From Caulobacterales bacterium (GTDB lineage Bacteria; Pseudomonadota; Alphaproteobacteria; Caulobacterales; Caulobacteraceae): 64,000 bases of DNA. Position 1 is the stretch's first letter; every line of letters begins with the position of its first letter. Positions 38,434 through 48,564 of the stretch are shown in pieces. The notes under the pieces were generated by a model that had not been told where the DNA came from, made no database searches, and worked only from the letters and a program-made list of their open reading frames with translations. Both the position numbers and the translations under genes were made by a program. Location: NCBI GenBank assembly GCA_038227865.1, contig JBBRPO010000017.1, positions 21,365 to 85,364 on the forward strand, given 5' to 3'.

Positions 38434-39328
38434 CGGAACCGCGTGCTCCCAATTTCAGCCCGTCCAGCCAGGCGATCAGATCGGCGACGACCTGATCGCG
38501 GTCGATCTCGTTGAACATCTCGTGCCGTCCGCCCGGATAGACCCGGTGGTCTATGGGGCCCAGTCCGGCGGACCGGTAGGTGTCGATCAGCGCGTTGGCG
38601 AAGGCCTGACCCGGCCCGGTCACCGGATCGAACTGGCCGGAGATCACATAGATGGGGAGGTTTCTTCGCACCGAGGCCAGGCGGGGGTCATGCCGCGCGG
38701 CGCCGGCCTTATCGAACACCGAGGCCATGGCGGCGTCCGAAAGCGGAAAGCCGCACAATGGGTCGGCGATATAGGCGTCGACCTGGGCCTCGTCGCGACT
38801 GAGCCAGTCGAAGTCGGTTCGGGCCGGTTCGAAGGGCGCATTCATCGCGTTTGGCGACGGCGCCTGTCCCGAGGCGACCATGGCGGCGATCATCGCGTCC
38901 ACGGCCGCGGTGCCCGACAACACCAGCGCCGCCAGACGGCGGTGATGCTCCAGCAGATACAGCTGAGCGGCGAAGGAGCCCATGCTGTGGCCGAGCAGGA
39001 TCAGCGGGGTGTTGGGCTGTTCCGACTGCGCCAGGCGCGAAAGGGCGGCCATGTCGTCGACGACCGACTGGAAGCCGCCGGACCCGAAATCGCCCAGGCC
39101 GTGAATCGCCGCCGAGGCCCCATGGCCGCGATGATCATTGGCGTAGACCGCGTAGCCCGCGCCGGTCAGGGCCCGCGTCAGCCGGCCGTAGCGCCCGAAG
39201 TGCTCGGCCATGCCGTGGGCGATCTGGACGATGGCCCGGGGCCGGCCGGCCGGCGGCGCCTTGAAGGCGGTGATGCGCGCGCCGTCGGCCGTTGGCAGGG
39301 CGAAGGCGGTTATGGACGTCGTCGGCAT
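38411..39328 (-). CDS. Alpha/beta hydrolase (lysophospholipase/monoacylglycerol lipase type)
   Basis: HGMAEH, DHRGHG, GHSMG, GRHEMFNE. Confidence 0.9.
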   Translation of the reverse strand: MPTTSITAFALPTADGARITAFKAPPAGRPRAIVQIAHGMAEHFGRYGRLTRALTGAGYAVYANDHRGHGASAAIHGLGDFGSGGFQSVVDDMAALSRLAQSEQPNTPLILLGHSMGSFAAQLYLLEHHRRLAALVLSGTAAVDAMIAAMVASGQAPSPNAMNAPFEPARTDFDWLSRDEAQVDAYIADPLCGFPLSDAAMASVFDKAGAARHDPRLASVRRNLPIYVISGQFDPVTGPGQAFANALIDTYRSAGLGPIDHRVYPGGRHEMFNEIDRDQVVADLIAWLDGLKLGARGSVNRDGGG

Positions 39329-39410
39329 CGGCGTTTCTCCTAGCCGTCACTTTCACAGTAAACCCGCCGCGAACGCCAGAGGGGCGATGATCGCGCCCGC
39401 TGGCTTCCCA

Positions 39411-40430
39411 TTAGCCGCGCCCGGCCATCGCCAGGGCCTCGCCGAACCCTGGCGCGGCGAGGCCATCGACGAAGGCGGCGAGGGACATTTTGGCGAAGGC
39501 GTAGGCAGTTTCGGGGGCGCCGGACGCCAGCCGCCCGTCGGCCACCGCCGCGCGGAACAAGGCGGGCGTGAGCCGGCCCAGGCTGGCGTCCAGATCGGGC
39601 TGCGGCGCGGCGGTGAAATTCTCCAGGACGATACAGCCGTAAAATAGCCTGGTGAGCAGCCGCACCACGCTCAGTCGGGCGCGAGAATGGCAATCGGGCG
39701 CCCGGCCGAAGGCCGCTTCGAACAGGATGTCCTGCAATTCCTGGGGCTCCGCCAGCTCGGTGGTCAGGATCGCGACGTCCACCAGCGGATCGTTGAGAAA
39801 GGCCAACTCCCAGTCGATCAGCCACGCGCGCTCGCCATCGAACAGGATGTTGCGCGGATTGGGATCGTTGTGGCTGGAGACCAGCGAGTCCGCGTCCCAC
39901 CGAAGTTCAGCGCGGATTCGCGCCAGGCCGTCCGCGTGGGCGTCCAGCTGCCCGACCGCGAATAGGCTGGAGGCGCTCAAGGCGGCCAGATTGGCGCCGA
40001 TCATCTCGGGATAGTCGCCCACCTCCGGAAACGGCGTCGTGGCTTGCACCCGCGCGATCAAAGCGCCGAGCGCCGCCGCCATCCCGGCGGGGCCGCGCGG
40101 ATGCTCCGACAACGGTTGGCCGGAAATGAAGTCCATGATCGCCACGCCGGTCGCCACATTGGCGAAATGGACCGGCGGCGCGGCGCCCTCGGCGGCGGCC
40201 GCGGCCATCGCGGTGAAGCCCCGTTGGCGGTGGTTCAGCGCGATGCGTTCCGGCTCAAGCCGCAGAATATAAGCACGATCACGGACCTTGAAACGAAGGA
40301 TCTGGGCGCCGGAAACCCCGCCGACGATCGGCCGCGCTTCGCCCGGTATCCATGCGCCAAACGTGGCGTTGAGGGCGGCGCGCACGCTTTCGCGTCGGGC
40401 CTCGGGAACCATTTCGGTCACGCTTGCCAT
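39411..40430 (-). CDS. Aminoglycoside phosphotransferase/choline kinase-like protein
   Basis: SHNDPNPRNIL, LIDWE, DPLVD. Confidence 0.85.
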   Translation of the reverse strand: MASVTEMVPEARRESVRAALNATFGAWIPGEARPIVGGVSGAQILRFKVRDRAYILRLEPERIALNHRQRGFTAMAAAAAEGAAPPVHFANVATGVAIMDFISGQPLSEHPRGPAGMAAALGALIARVQATTPFPEVGDYPEMIGANLAALSASSLFAVGQLDAHADGLARIRAELRWDADSLVSSHNDPNPRNILFDGERAWLIDWELAFLNDPLVDVAILTTELAEPQELQDILFEAAFGRAPDCHSRARLSVVRLLTRLFYGCIVLENFTAAPQPDLDASLGRLTPALFRAAVADGRLASGAPETAYAFAKMSLAAFVDGLAAPGFGEALAMAGRG

Positions 40431-40456
40431 TTCCGCCTCCAGTTTCCGACCTGATC

Positions 40457-42775
40457 TCAGCCGCCGACGGCCTTCGGGCAGGTTTGGGCGCGGCGTTTGA
40501 CCAGTAGATCGATATTGCGGTCCAGGTCCCATTGGGTCAGGCGGCCGATCGCCTGGAGTTGTCTGAACAGGCTCAGGGTCACCTCGTCGGCGCGGCAGCT
40601 TTGGGCCGGACGATTGGCGGTGGCCAGGGCTTCGCCGATCATCGTCATGCTGGTGGCGTAGTCATGCAGTCGCAGCGGCTCGCCCGGATGGGCGCGCCAG
40701 GCCGCGGCGTCCTCGGCGGCGTGGCCTCGCAGGATCGCCAGCGCCTGGTCCGCATGCCCGAGGAACGCGAGGTTCTGGGCGTAGGCGTTGTCGGTCACGC
40801 GGTAGCGGCGCCGGGCGTCGCCGTCGGCCGGATCGAATTCGAACACCGCGCGGGCCTCGACCCGGGCGCGCGCCAGCATCGGCGCGCCCTCGGCGAACCG
40901 CATTTCCTCGGCCAGGGTGGTGGCCAGGCTCCAGCGGGCGCGCGCCAGCAGGCCGAGCAGGTTGTTGTCGTCTGGCCAGGTTTTGTGGGCAGCTTCGAGT
41001 TCGGCGACCTCGACTCGATACCCCGCCTCGGCCCGCGACGTAGCCCCCAGATAGAAGTCGCCCTCGCTGAGACTGTCGGCCAGGGCGGCGCGGAGCCGCA
41101 CCCGGTCCTTGTCGCCGGTCGGTGGGGCGGCGGCGAGGGCGGCGGCGGCGACGCCCGCCTCCTCGGCGTAGCGGCCCTGCCAGCCCCGCAACCGCGCCTC
41201 GGTCAGCTGAGCCTGGAGCCACAGCGCCTTGTCACCGACTCCTGGCGACAGGTTTTTAGCCTGGCGGAGGAATCCGTCGGCCGCGGCGGTGTCGTTGTCG
41301 AAGGTATCGGCCAGATCGGCCTGGTCCAGGCGGATGCGCGCCAGCAGGGTCCGCGCGGTCTGGCCGGGCAGGCCGGCGGCGATATCTGCGGCGCGTCGCA
41401 GATTGGCCCGCGCCGCGTCCGGCTGATGCAGGTTGGGACGGCCGATCGAAGCCTGGCCCTCGGCCAGCCGCCAGAGCCCGGTGGCGACCTCCAGCTTCAG
41501 AGCCGGGCCGGCCGCTTCGGCCTTGGTCAGGCGATCGAGTTCCTGTTGCGCGCGCCGCGCGACCTCTACCCGCAGGGCCAGCGACCGGGGCTGAGACTCC
41601 AGCCGGACCATCAGGTCCGAGAGCAGATACTTGGCGACGCCCCGGGCATCCTCGAACCGCGCCGCGGCCTCGGCGCGTTCGCGGCGGGCATGCAGAGCAT
41701 TGACGCCGGCGGCGCCGACCGCGATGGCGATCAGAACGCCGGTCAGGCCCCCGGCGAGGAACAGGCGGGGCCGTCGCTGAACCCATTTCCGCGCGCGGTA
41801 GACCAAGCTCGCCCGCCGCGCGCCGACCGGCCGTTTGTCGAGCCATCGCTGAAGATCGTCGATCAAGGCGTCGACGCCGGGATAGCGCCGTGCAGGTTCC
41901 GGCGCTCTCGCCTTGGCCGCGATGGCGGCCAGATCGGGATCGGCGACGTCCCTGGTGATCAGTTCCAGTGTCGCGCCCAGGGCATGGATGTCGTCGGCGA
42001 TCGACGCCGGCTCTCCGGCGAGGCGCTCCGGGCTGGCGAAATAGCGGGTCAGGGCGGAAGGCTCGCCGGAGGGGCGGTCGACACGGTCGAGCAGGCGGGC
42101 GATGCCGAAATCGAGCAGTTTCACCCGCCCTTCGGCGTCGACCAGAATGTTGCCGGGCTTCAGATCGGCGTGCGCCACCAGGCGGCCGTGGGCGAACCTG
42201 ACGGCGTTGGCCGCTTCGATGAACAGCCCGACCCGGGCAGCGGGCGCGAGCCCGGCCGCGGCCTCGTCCAGAGGCCGCCCGTCGACATGTTCCATGATCA
42301 GGTACGGCCGCTCGCCGTCGGCGACCCCGCCGTCGATCAGGCGGGCGATATTCGGATGTTCGAGCCTGGCAAGGATACGGCGCTCGACGTCGAAGGCCGC
42401 GCCGGCCCGGGCGTCCAGATGGCTGTGGATCAGCTTGATCGCGACGATCTGGTCATAGAGGCCGTCCACGCGCCGCCCGCGATAGACCTCGCCCATGCCG
42501 CCTTCGCCGATCAAATCCTCGACGGCGAACGGGCCGATCCGCGCGGGTGGCGGACCCCTCTGAAAAGATCGCCCGCCCGGCGCCTCGGTGGGCAGCAGGC
42601 CGGAGGCCGCGCCCATGCCCGCCTCCAGCGCCTCGACCCGGGCGCGCACGGGCTCGGTTTCCCGGCGCAGCAGCCGTTCGCGGAACCTCGGGCCCCCGGT
42701 CCAATTGGCCAGGCGCTCGACCAGGATCAGCGCCCGGCGTTCGACCTCAAGCGAGGGCGCTGACAGCGGCGCCAT
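40457..42775 (-). CDS. Membrane-anchored Hanks-type Ser/Thr protein kinase with TPR-like C-terminal region
   Basis: IGEGGMGEVY, VAIK, HADLKPGNIL, DFGIA, ASPE; one TM helix; helical repeats. Confidence 0.92.
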   Translation of the reverse strand: MAPLSAPSLEVERRALILVERLANWTGGPRFRERLLRRETEPVRARVEALEAGMGAASGLLPTEAPGGRSFQRGPPPARIGPFAVEDLIGEGGMGEVYRGRRVDGLYDQIVAIKLIHSHLDARAGAAFDVERRILARLEHPNIARLIDGGVADGERPYLIMEHVDGRPLDEAAAGLAPAARVGLFIEAANAVRFAHGRLVAHADLKPGNILVDAEGRVKLLDFGIARLLDRVDRPSGEPSALTRYFASPERLAGEPASIADDIHALGATLELITRDVADPDLAAIAAKARAPEPARRYPGVDALIDDLQRWLDKRPVGARRASLVYRARKWVQRRPRLFLAGGLTGVLIAIAVGAAGVNALHARRERAEAAARFEDARGVAKYLLSDLMVRLESQPRSLALRVEVARRAQQELDRLTKAEAAGPALKLEVATGLWRLAEGQASIGRPNLHQPDAARANLRRAADIAAGLPGQTARTLLARIRLDQADLADTFDNDTAAADGFLRQAKNLSPGVGDKALWLQAQLTEARLRGWQGRYAEEAGVAAAALAAAPPTGDKDRVRLRAALADSLSEGDFYLGATSRAEAGYRVEVAELEAAHKTWPDDNNLLGLLARARWSLATTLAEEMRFAEGAPMLARARVEARAVFEFDPADGDARRRYRVTDNAYAQNLAFLGHADQALAILRGHAAEDAAAWRAHPGEPLRLHDYATSMTMIGEALATANRPAQSCRADEVTLSLFRQLQAIGRLTQWDLDRNIDLLVKRRAQTCPKAVGG

Positions 42776-43307
42776 TGAGATAGTCAAACAGCCAGGCCCG
42801 CGCACCCTGCCAGCGCCGCTTGACTGTCCGGCTGGCGAGGCCGGTGGCGGAGGCGGTTTCATCGACGGTCAGTCCCATCATGAACCGAAGCTCGACGATC
42901 CGGGCGTGGTCGGGGGAGACCGTGGTCAGGGCGGTCAGGGCGTTGTCCAGCTCCTCCATGGTCACCAGGCGCTTATGCTCCTGGTCCGGCCAGGCGGTCC
43001 GGTAGTCGGGCGGAACGCGCTTGGCGGCCGCGGCCTTGCGAGACTCGTCGATCAGCACCCGGCGCATGGTCTGGGCGGCCAAGGCCATCAGATGGGCTGG
43101 TGAGGCCACGGCCAGGTCTGGGGTCCGGATGAGCCGGATCACGGCGTCATTGACCAGTTCGGTGGCCTGGGACAGATGAACGGCCCCATCGCCGGCGATG
43201 ATCCGCCCCGCGATCCGGCGCATGTCGCCATAGCAAGCCTCAATGACCTCCGGCGTCAGTCCGCCGGGAGCCGGAGCCTTCTGGGGATGTTCGATACCTC
43301 CCGCCAT
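42747..43307 (-). CDS. ECF-type sigma factor of the kinase-associated type
   Basis: YGDMRRIA, QATELVNDA, MRRVLIDESR, region 4 VELRFMMGLTVDETA; overlaps the kinase start. Confidence 0.88.
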   Translation of the reverse strand: MAGGIEHPQKAPAPGGLTPEVIEACYGDMRRIAGRIIAGDGAVHLSQATELVNDAVIRLIRTPDLAVASPAHLMALAAQTMRRVLIDESRKAAAAKRVPPDYRTAWPDQEHKRLVTMEELDNALTALTTVSPDHARIVELRFMMGLTVDETASATGLASRTVKRRWQGARAWLFDYLNGAAVSALA

Positions 43308-43389
43308 GGCCGGACAGTCGCGCCAAACCCCCGGGGTTTCAAGCCGCGCGGCGATTTCAGCCCATCCGTACTTCCCCTAAGGTAGGGTC

Positions 43390-45000
43390 ATGACAACGAC
43401 TCGAATTCTCCCGCCCGGCCGCTATGCCGTCTTCTGCATCTGCGGGCTGCTGCTGGTTGTGGCGATCGCCGCCGGATTGACGCACTTCATCGTGGGTTGG
43501 TGGCTGGCCGCGCCGCTGGCGGCCCTGGTGCTGCTTGGGTTTCACGACCTGAGGCAGAAGCGGCACTCGATCCAGCGCAACTATCCGGTGATCGGCCACA
43601 TCCGCTGGCTGGTGGAGGCGGTCCGCCCGGAACTACGGCAGTATCTGATCGAGGCCGACGAGGAGGCGGCGCCGTTTTCGCGCGCCCAGCGGGAACTGGT
43701 GTACGAGCGCGCCAAGGGAAGCGTCGGCGAGCGCCCGTTCGGCACCCTGCTGCATGTCTATCGCGAAGGCTATGAGTTCATCGGCCACTCGACCTCCCCG
43801 GCGCCGGTGGCCGATCCAGCGACCTTCCGCATCACCATCGGCGGACCCGACTGCGCTCGGCCCTACAACGCTTCGGTGTTCAACATCTCGGCGATGAGTT
43901 TCGGGGCGCTGAGCGCCAACGCCATCCGCGCCCTCAACGCCGGGGCCAAGCGAGGCGGGTTCAGCCACGATACCGGCGAGGGGAGTCTATCGCCCTATCA
44001 CCAGGAAATGGGCGGCGACGTGGTCTGGGAGCTTGGTAGCGGCTATTTCGGCTGCCGCACGCCGGACGGTCATTTCGACGCCGACCTGTTCACCGACCAC
44101 GCCCGTCTCGATCAGGTGAAGATGATCGAGATCAAACTCAGCCAAGGCGCCAAGCCCGGCCACGGCGGGGTCTTGCCGGCCGCCAAGGTGACGCCCGAGA
44201 TCGCCCAGACTCGGGGCGTGCCGCTGGGCGTCGACTGCGTCTCGCCCTCGCGCCACACCGCCTTCTCCACGCCGCTGGAGCTGATGGCGTTCATCGTCCG
44301 GCTGCGCGAGTTGTCCGGGGGCAAGCCGGTGGGTTTCAAGCTGTGCCTGGGCCACCCGTGGGAGTTCATGGGTATCGTCAAGGCGATGATGGCGAGCGGC
44401 GTGACGCCCGACTTCATCGTGGTGGACGGTACCGAAGGCGGCACCGGCGCCGCGCCGACCGAGTTCAGTGACCATGTCGGCGCGCCGATGCGCGAGGGGC
44501 TGCTGTTCGTGCACAACACCCTGGTCGGGGCCGGCCTGCGTGACAGGATCAAGATCGGCGTGGCCGGCAAGATCGTCAGCGCCTTCGACATCGCCTGCGT
44601 ACTGGCCCTGGGCGCCGACTGGGCCAATTCGGCGCGGGGCTTCATGTTCGCCGTCGGCTGCGTACAGTCGCGAAGCTGCAACACCAACCGCTGCCCGACC
44701 GGCGTCGCCACCCAGGACCCTCTGCGCCAGGCCGCTCTGGTGGTTCCGGACAAGGCCGAGCGGGTCTACAACTTCCATCGGCTGACCATGAGAGCGCTGT
44801 CGGAAATGCTGGCCGCGGCTGGTTTGGAACACCCCGATCAACTCAAGCCCCACCATCTGTTCCGCCGGGTCAGCGGTATGGAGGTAAGACAATTCAGCGC
44901 CCTGCACACGTTCCTGGCCCCTGGCGCTCTGCTGGACGGCCGCCTCGCCATAGGGCTGTATACCGAGAACTGGAGGCGGGCGTCGGCCGAGACCTTCTAG
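43390..45000 (+). CDS. Stand-alone FMN-binding glutamate synthase family protein with N-terminal TM helices
   Basis: SAMSFGALS, TGEGS, EIKLSQGAKPGHGG, CVQSRSCNTNRCP (3Fe-4S). Confidence 0.92.
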   Translation: MTTTRILPPGRYAVFCICGLLLVVAIAAGLTHFIVGWWLAAPLAALVLLGFHDLRQKRHSIQRNYPVIGHIRWLVEAVRPELRQYLIEADEEAAPFSRAQRELVYERAKGSVGERPFGTLLHVYREGYEFIGHSTSPAPVADPATFRITIGGPDCARPYNASVFNISAMSFGALSANAIRALNAGAKRGGFSHDTGEGSLSPYHQEMGGDVVWELGSGYFGCRTPDGHFDADLFTDHARLDQVKMIEIKLSQGAKPGHGGVLPAAKVTPEIAQTRGVPLGVDCVSPSRHTAFSTPLELMAFIVRLRELSGGKPVGFKLCLGHPWEFMGIVKAMMASGVTPDFIVVDGTEGGTGAAPTEFSDHVGAPMREGLLFVHNTLVGAGLRDRIKIGVAGKIVSAFDIACVLALGADWANSARGFMFAVGCVQSRSCNTNRCPTGVATQDPLRQAALVVPDKAERVYNFHRLTMRALSEMLAAAGLEHPDQLKPHHLFRRVSGMEVRQFSALHTFLAPGALLDGRLAIGLYTENWRRASAETF

Positions 45001-45014
45001 CGCGGAGGACGGCG

Positions 45015-45815
45015 ATGAGCATCCCGGAAGTCAGCTATGAGCGTCGGGGCCGCCTCGGCGTCGTCCGCCTGGAGCGGCCCGAAGCGTTGAACGCCCTGAC
45101 GATGCCGATGATCGCCGAGGTCGAGACGCTGATCCGGGCGGCGGAGGCCGATCCCCAGGTGTTCGCCATCTGCGTTACCGGAGCGGGGCGCGGCTTCTGC
45201 GCCGGCCTGGACATGAGCGTGCTGGCCGATCACGCGGCCGGCCGGGCGCCGCCGGCGCGGGCCGAGCGCTCGCCGCGCCAGGCGATGATGTTCAGTTTCC
45301 TGCTCGACATCTCCAAGCCGGTGATCGCGGCGGTGAACGGCGTCGGCGCGGGCGGCGGCTTCGTGCTGGCGATGATGTGCGACCTGCGCTTCATGGCTGA
45401 GGAGGCTAGTCTGATCACCGTGTTTTCCAAGCGCGGCCTGATCGGAGAACATGGAACCAGCTGGATCTTGCCTCGCCTGGTGGGTCTCAGTCGGGCCCTC
45501 GATCTGCTTTGGAGTTCGCGCCGGGTGGACGCCGCCGAGGCCTGGCGCATCGGTCTGGCCGATCGGCTCGCGCCGGCCGATGGACTGATGGCGGCGGTGG
45601 AGGCCTATGTCGCCGAGATGGCCGCGACGGTCTCGCCGCGCTCGGTGGCGGTGATCAAGGCCCAGGTCCACGCCGACCTGGCGCGTGGGTTCGACGAGGG
45701 CGCCCGTCAGACCGAGGGGTTGATGGCCGACTCGCTTGCTCACCCCGACGCCACCGAGGGCGCCTCCTCCTTTGTGCAGCGTCGGGGCCCCGCCTTCGCG
45801 GCTTGGCCGCACTGA
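45015..45815 (+). CDS. Enoyl-CoA hydratase/isomerase
   Basis: GRGFCAGLDM, AAVNGVGAGGG. Confidence 0.92.
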   Translation: MSIPEVSYERRGRLGVVRLERPEALNALTMPMIAEVETLIRAAEADPQVFAICVTGAGRGFCAGLDMSVLADHAAGRAPPARAERSPRQAMMFSFLLDISKPVIAAVNGVGAGGGFVLAMMCDLRFMAEEASLITVFSKRGLIGEHGTSWILPRLVGLSRALDLLWSSRRVDAAEAWRIGLADRLAPADGLMAAVEAYVAEMAATVSPRSVAVIKAQVHADLARGFDEGARQTEGLMADSLAHPDATEGASSFVQRRGPAFAAWPH

Positions 45816-45903
45816 ACCCGGGTGGCGGTGCTTGCCGCTGCGCCCGCCGTGGCCTTAAGGAAGTGGCCGAGGCTTCGACGCAACGAAGCCCAGGAGACGC
45901 CCC

Positions 45904-46698
45904 GTGACCAAGACCTACGAAACCATTCTGGTGGCGCGTGACGGCGCGGTCGCCACGGTCAGCCTGAACCGGCCCGACAAGCGCAACAGCATCGGCGGAC
46001 CGATGATGGTCGAATTCTATGAGGCGTTGAGCGGCGTCGCCGCCGATCCGGACGTGCGGGTGCTGGTGCTGCGCGGGGAGGGATCGGACTTCTGCCCCGG
46101 CGCCGACGTCAAGCACTATGGCGGCGCGGGGGCGCCGGCCGCCGCGCGCTCGGTCTGGTCGATGGGTCGGGAGTTCAACGTCGCCGTGCTGCTGCATGAA
46201 ATGCCGGCGGTGACGATCGCGGCGATCAGCGGGGCCTGCGCGGGGGCCGGTTTTGGCTGGGCCTGCGCTTGCGATCTGCGCATCGCCTCGTCCACCGCGC
46301 GGTTCAACACCGCCTTCCTGGATGTCGGCGTGGCCGGCGACATGGGCGGACCGTGGACCCTGCCGCGTATCCTGGGGGCGGCCAAGGCGCGGGAGCTGTA
46401 TTTCCTGCCCGGCAAGTTCGACGCCGCCGAGGCCCTGCGGATTGGCCTGGTTTCGAGGGTGGCCCCGGCGGAGGACTTCGAGGCCGAGATCGCCGCGCTG
46501 ACCGCTCGCTTGGCCCGCGCGGCGCCACTGGCCATGACGACGATGAAAAGCAACTTCGTGGCGGCCGAGAAGATCAGCTTCGCCGACTATATCGGCCTGG
46601 AGAGCGAGAAGCACATGCGCCTGTTTCAGAGCGAGGACACCACCGAGGCCTTCAAGGCGTTCGTGGAAAAACGCCAGCCCTTGTTCAAGGGCCGCTGA
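45904..46698 (+). CDS. Enoyl-CoA hydratase/isomerase
   Basis: FCPGADV, AAISGACAGAG; GTG start behind AGGAG. Confidence 0.92.
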   Translation: MTKTYETILVARDGAVATVSLNRPDKRNSIGGPMMVEFYEALSGVAADPDVRVLVLRGEGSDFCPGADVKHYGGAGAPAAARSVWSMGREFNVAVLLHEMPAVTIAAISGACAGAGFGWACACDLRIASSTARFNTAFLDVGVAGDMGGPWTLPRILGAAKARELYFLPGKFDAAEALRIGLVSRVAPAEDFEAEIAALTARLARAAPLAMTTMKSNFVAAEKISFADYIGLESEKHMRLFQSEDTTEAFKAFVEKRQPLFKGR

Positions 46699-46701
46699 AC
46701 C

Positions 46702-47460
46702 ATGCGCCTCAGACAGATCGCTCTGGCGTCCCGCGACCTGGACAAGGTCGTCCACACCCTGGCCGAGGTGTTCGGCCTCAAAGTCGCCTACAACGACCCC
46801 GGCATTCATCACTACGGCCTGAAAAACGCGGTGATTTCCGCCGGATCGGGATTCCTGGAAGTGGTCCAGCCGATCGCCGAGGGAGCCTCCGCGGCGCGGT
46901 TCCTCAGCAGGCGCGGTGGTGACGCCGGCTACATGATCATCCTGCAGGACCCGGACGCCGAGGCGCAGCGGGCTCGGGTGTCGGCTCTTGGGGTGCGTGT
47001 GGTCGACGACATCGATACGCCCGCCTATCGCGCGTCGCACTTCCACCCGGCCGACTTCGGCGGCATGCTGGTTTCGATCGACCAGCAGCGCACCGAGCCC
47101 GACTATCTGGAGCCGTTCGGCGACTGGTGGCCGGCCGGCAAGACCTGGCGCGAAACCCGTACCCACACAGTTCTGGAACTGGAGGGCTTCACCCTGGCCG
47201 GTCCCGATCCCCACGCCCTCGCGGCGCTGTGGTCGAAGTTGCTGGGTGTCGCGCTCGATTCCGCCAATGACCTTCATCTGCCTCTGACAAGGGGCCTGAT
47301 CAGGTTCTGTCAGGGTGAAGACGCGATGACGTGGATATCCCAGATAGACCTGAAGGTCGCCGATGTCGAGGACGTTCTGGACCGGGCCAGGGCCGATGGC
47401 CTGGACGTCGATGACGATGGCGTGCTGATCGGCGGCGTGCGGTTCCGGCCGGCGCCATGA
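46702..47460 (+). CDS. VOC/glyoxalase-like protein
   Basis: LRQIAL, FLEVVQP, RGGDAGYMIILQ, HPADFGG. Confidence 0.8.
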   Translation: MRLRQIALASRDLDKVVHTLAEVFGLKVAYNDPGIHHYGLKNAVISAGSGFLEVVQPIAEGASAARFLSRRGGDAGYMIILQDPDAEAQRARVSALGVRVVDDIDTPAYRASHFHPADFGGMLVSIDQQRTEPDYLEPFGDWWPAGKTWRETRTHTVLELEGFTLAGPDPHALAALWSKLLGVALDSANDLHLPLTRGLIRFCQGEDAMTWISQIDLKVADVEDVLDRARADGLDVDDDGVLIGGVRFRPAP

Positions 47461-48539
47461 GCGCGCCGGGTCCATCCCCTGGCCCGTCGCTCGATCCGTC
47501 TTTGGGCGCCTGGCGCCAATGGGTCGATCTGGATCGGCTGACCGCCTGGATGGACGAGCGGGGTCTGGAAGCCGGGCCGCTCGAGGAAGCCGAGCGGCCG
47601 CCGGGCGGCACGCAGAATCTGTTGTTGAAGTTTCGGCGGGGCGAGCGCTGGTTCATGCTGCGCCGCCCTCCGCTGCATCCGCGCATGAACGGCAGCGAGA
47701 CCATGCGGCGCGAGGCCAGGGTTCTGGCCGCCCTGGCCGGGACCGACGTTCCCCACCCGCGCCTGATCGCCGCCTGCCACGCGGAAGATGTTCTGGGCGC
47801 GGCCTTCTACCTTATGGAGCCGGTCGACGGGTTCAATGCCGTGGTCGGGCTGCCACCGCTCCATGCCGGAAGCCCGGCCGTCCGGCGCGAAATGGGCTTC
47901 GCGCTAGTCGACGGCATCGCCGCGCTTGGCCGGGTCGACCATGTAGCGGCCGGCCTCGCCGACCTGGGCCGCGCCGAGGGATTCCTGGAGCGCCAGGTCG
48001 GGCGCTGGAAGAAACAACTGGCCAGCTACGCCGAATACGACGGTTGGGCGGGACCTGGCGAGATCGAAGGGGTCGAGACGGTGGCGGCCTGGCTCGACGC
48101 CCATCGGCCGGCGACCTTTCAGCCGGGCGTGATCCATGGCGACTATCACCTGGCCAATGTGCTCTATCGCCGCGACGGTCCGGAACTGGCGGCGATCGTC
48201 GATTGGGAACTGACCACAGTCGGCGATCCCCTGCTGGATCTGGGCGGCATCCTTTCGACCTGGCCGCTGCCGGACCGGCCGGCCTCGGCGGGGACTTCCG
48301 TGACGCCCTGGGACGGCTTCCCGACCGCTGAAGAGCTGATCGACCGCTACGGCGGCCAGACGACCCGGGATATGCGCCACGTCACCTGGTACGCGGTGCT
48401 GGCCTGCTACAAACTCGGCATCATCCTCGAAGGCACCCACGCGCGCGCGGCGGCCGGCAAGGCCGAGGCCGCCACGGGCGATGCCCTGCACGCCCACACC
48501 CTCAGTCTGTTCCAGCGCGCGCTGGGGTGGATCAACTGA
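47457..48539 (+). CDS. APH-like phosphotransferase (ACAD10/11 N-terminal type)
   Basis: LRRPP, IHGDYHLANV, IVDWEL, GDPLLDLG. Confidence 0.9.
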   Translation: MSAPGPSPGPSLDPSLGAWRQWVDLDRLTAWMDERGLEAGPLEEAERPPGGTQNLLLKFRRGERWFMLRRPPLHPRMNGSETMRREARVLAALAGTDVPHPRLIAACHAEDVLGAAFYLMEPVDGFNAVVGLPPLHAGSPAVRREMGFALVDGIAALGRVDHVAAGLADLGRAEGFLERQVGRWKKQLASYAEYDGWAGPGEIEGVETVAAWLDAHRPATFQPGVIHGDYHLANVLYRRDGPELAAIVDWELTTVGDPLLDLGGILSTWPLPDRPASAGTSVTPWDGFPTAEELIDRYGGQTTRDMRHVTWYAVLACYKLGIILEGTHARAAAGKAEAATGDALHAHTLSLFQRALGWIN

Positions 48540-48564
48540 CGACATCGAAGCTTTGGAGGAAGAC

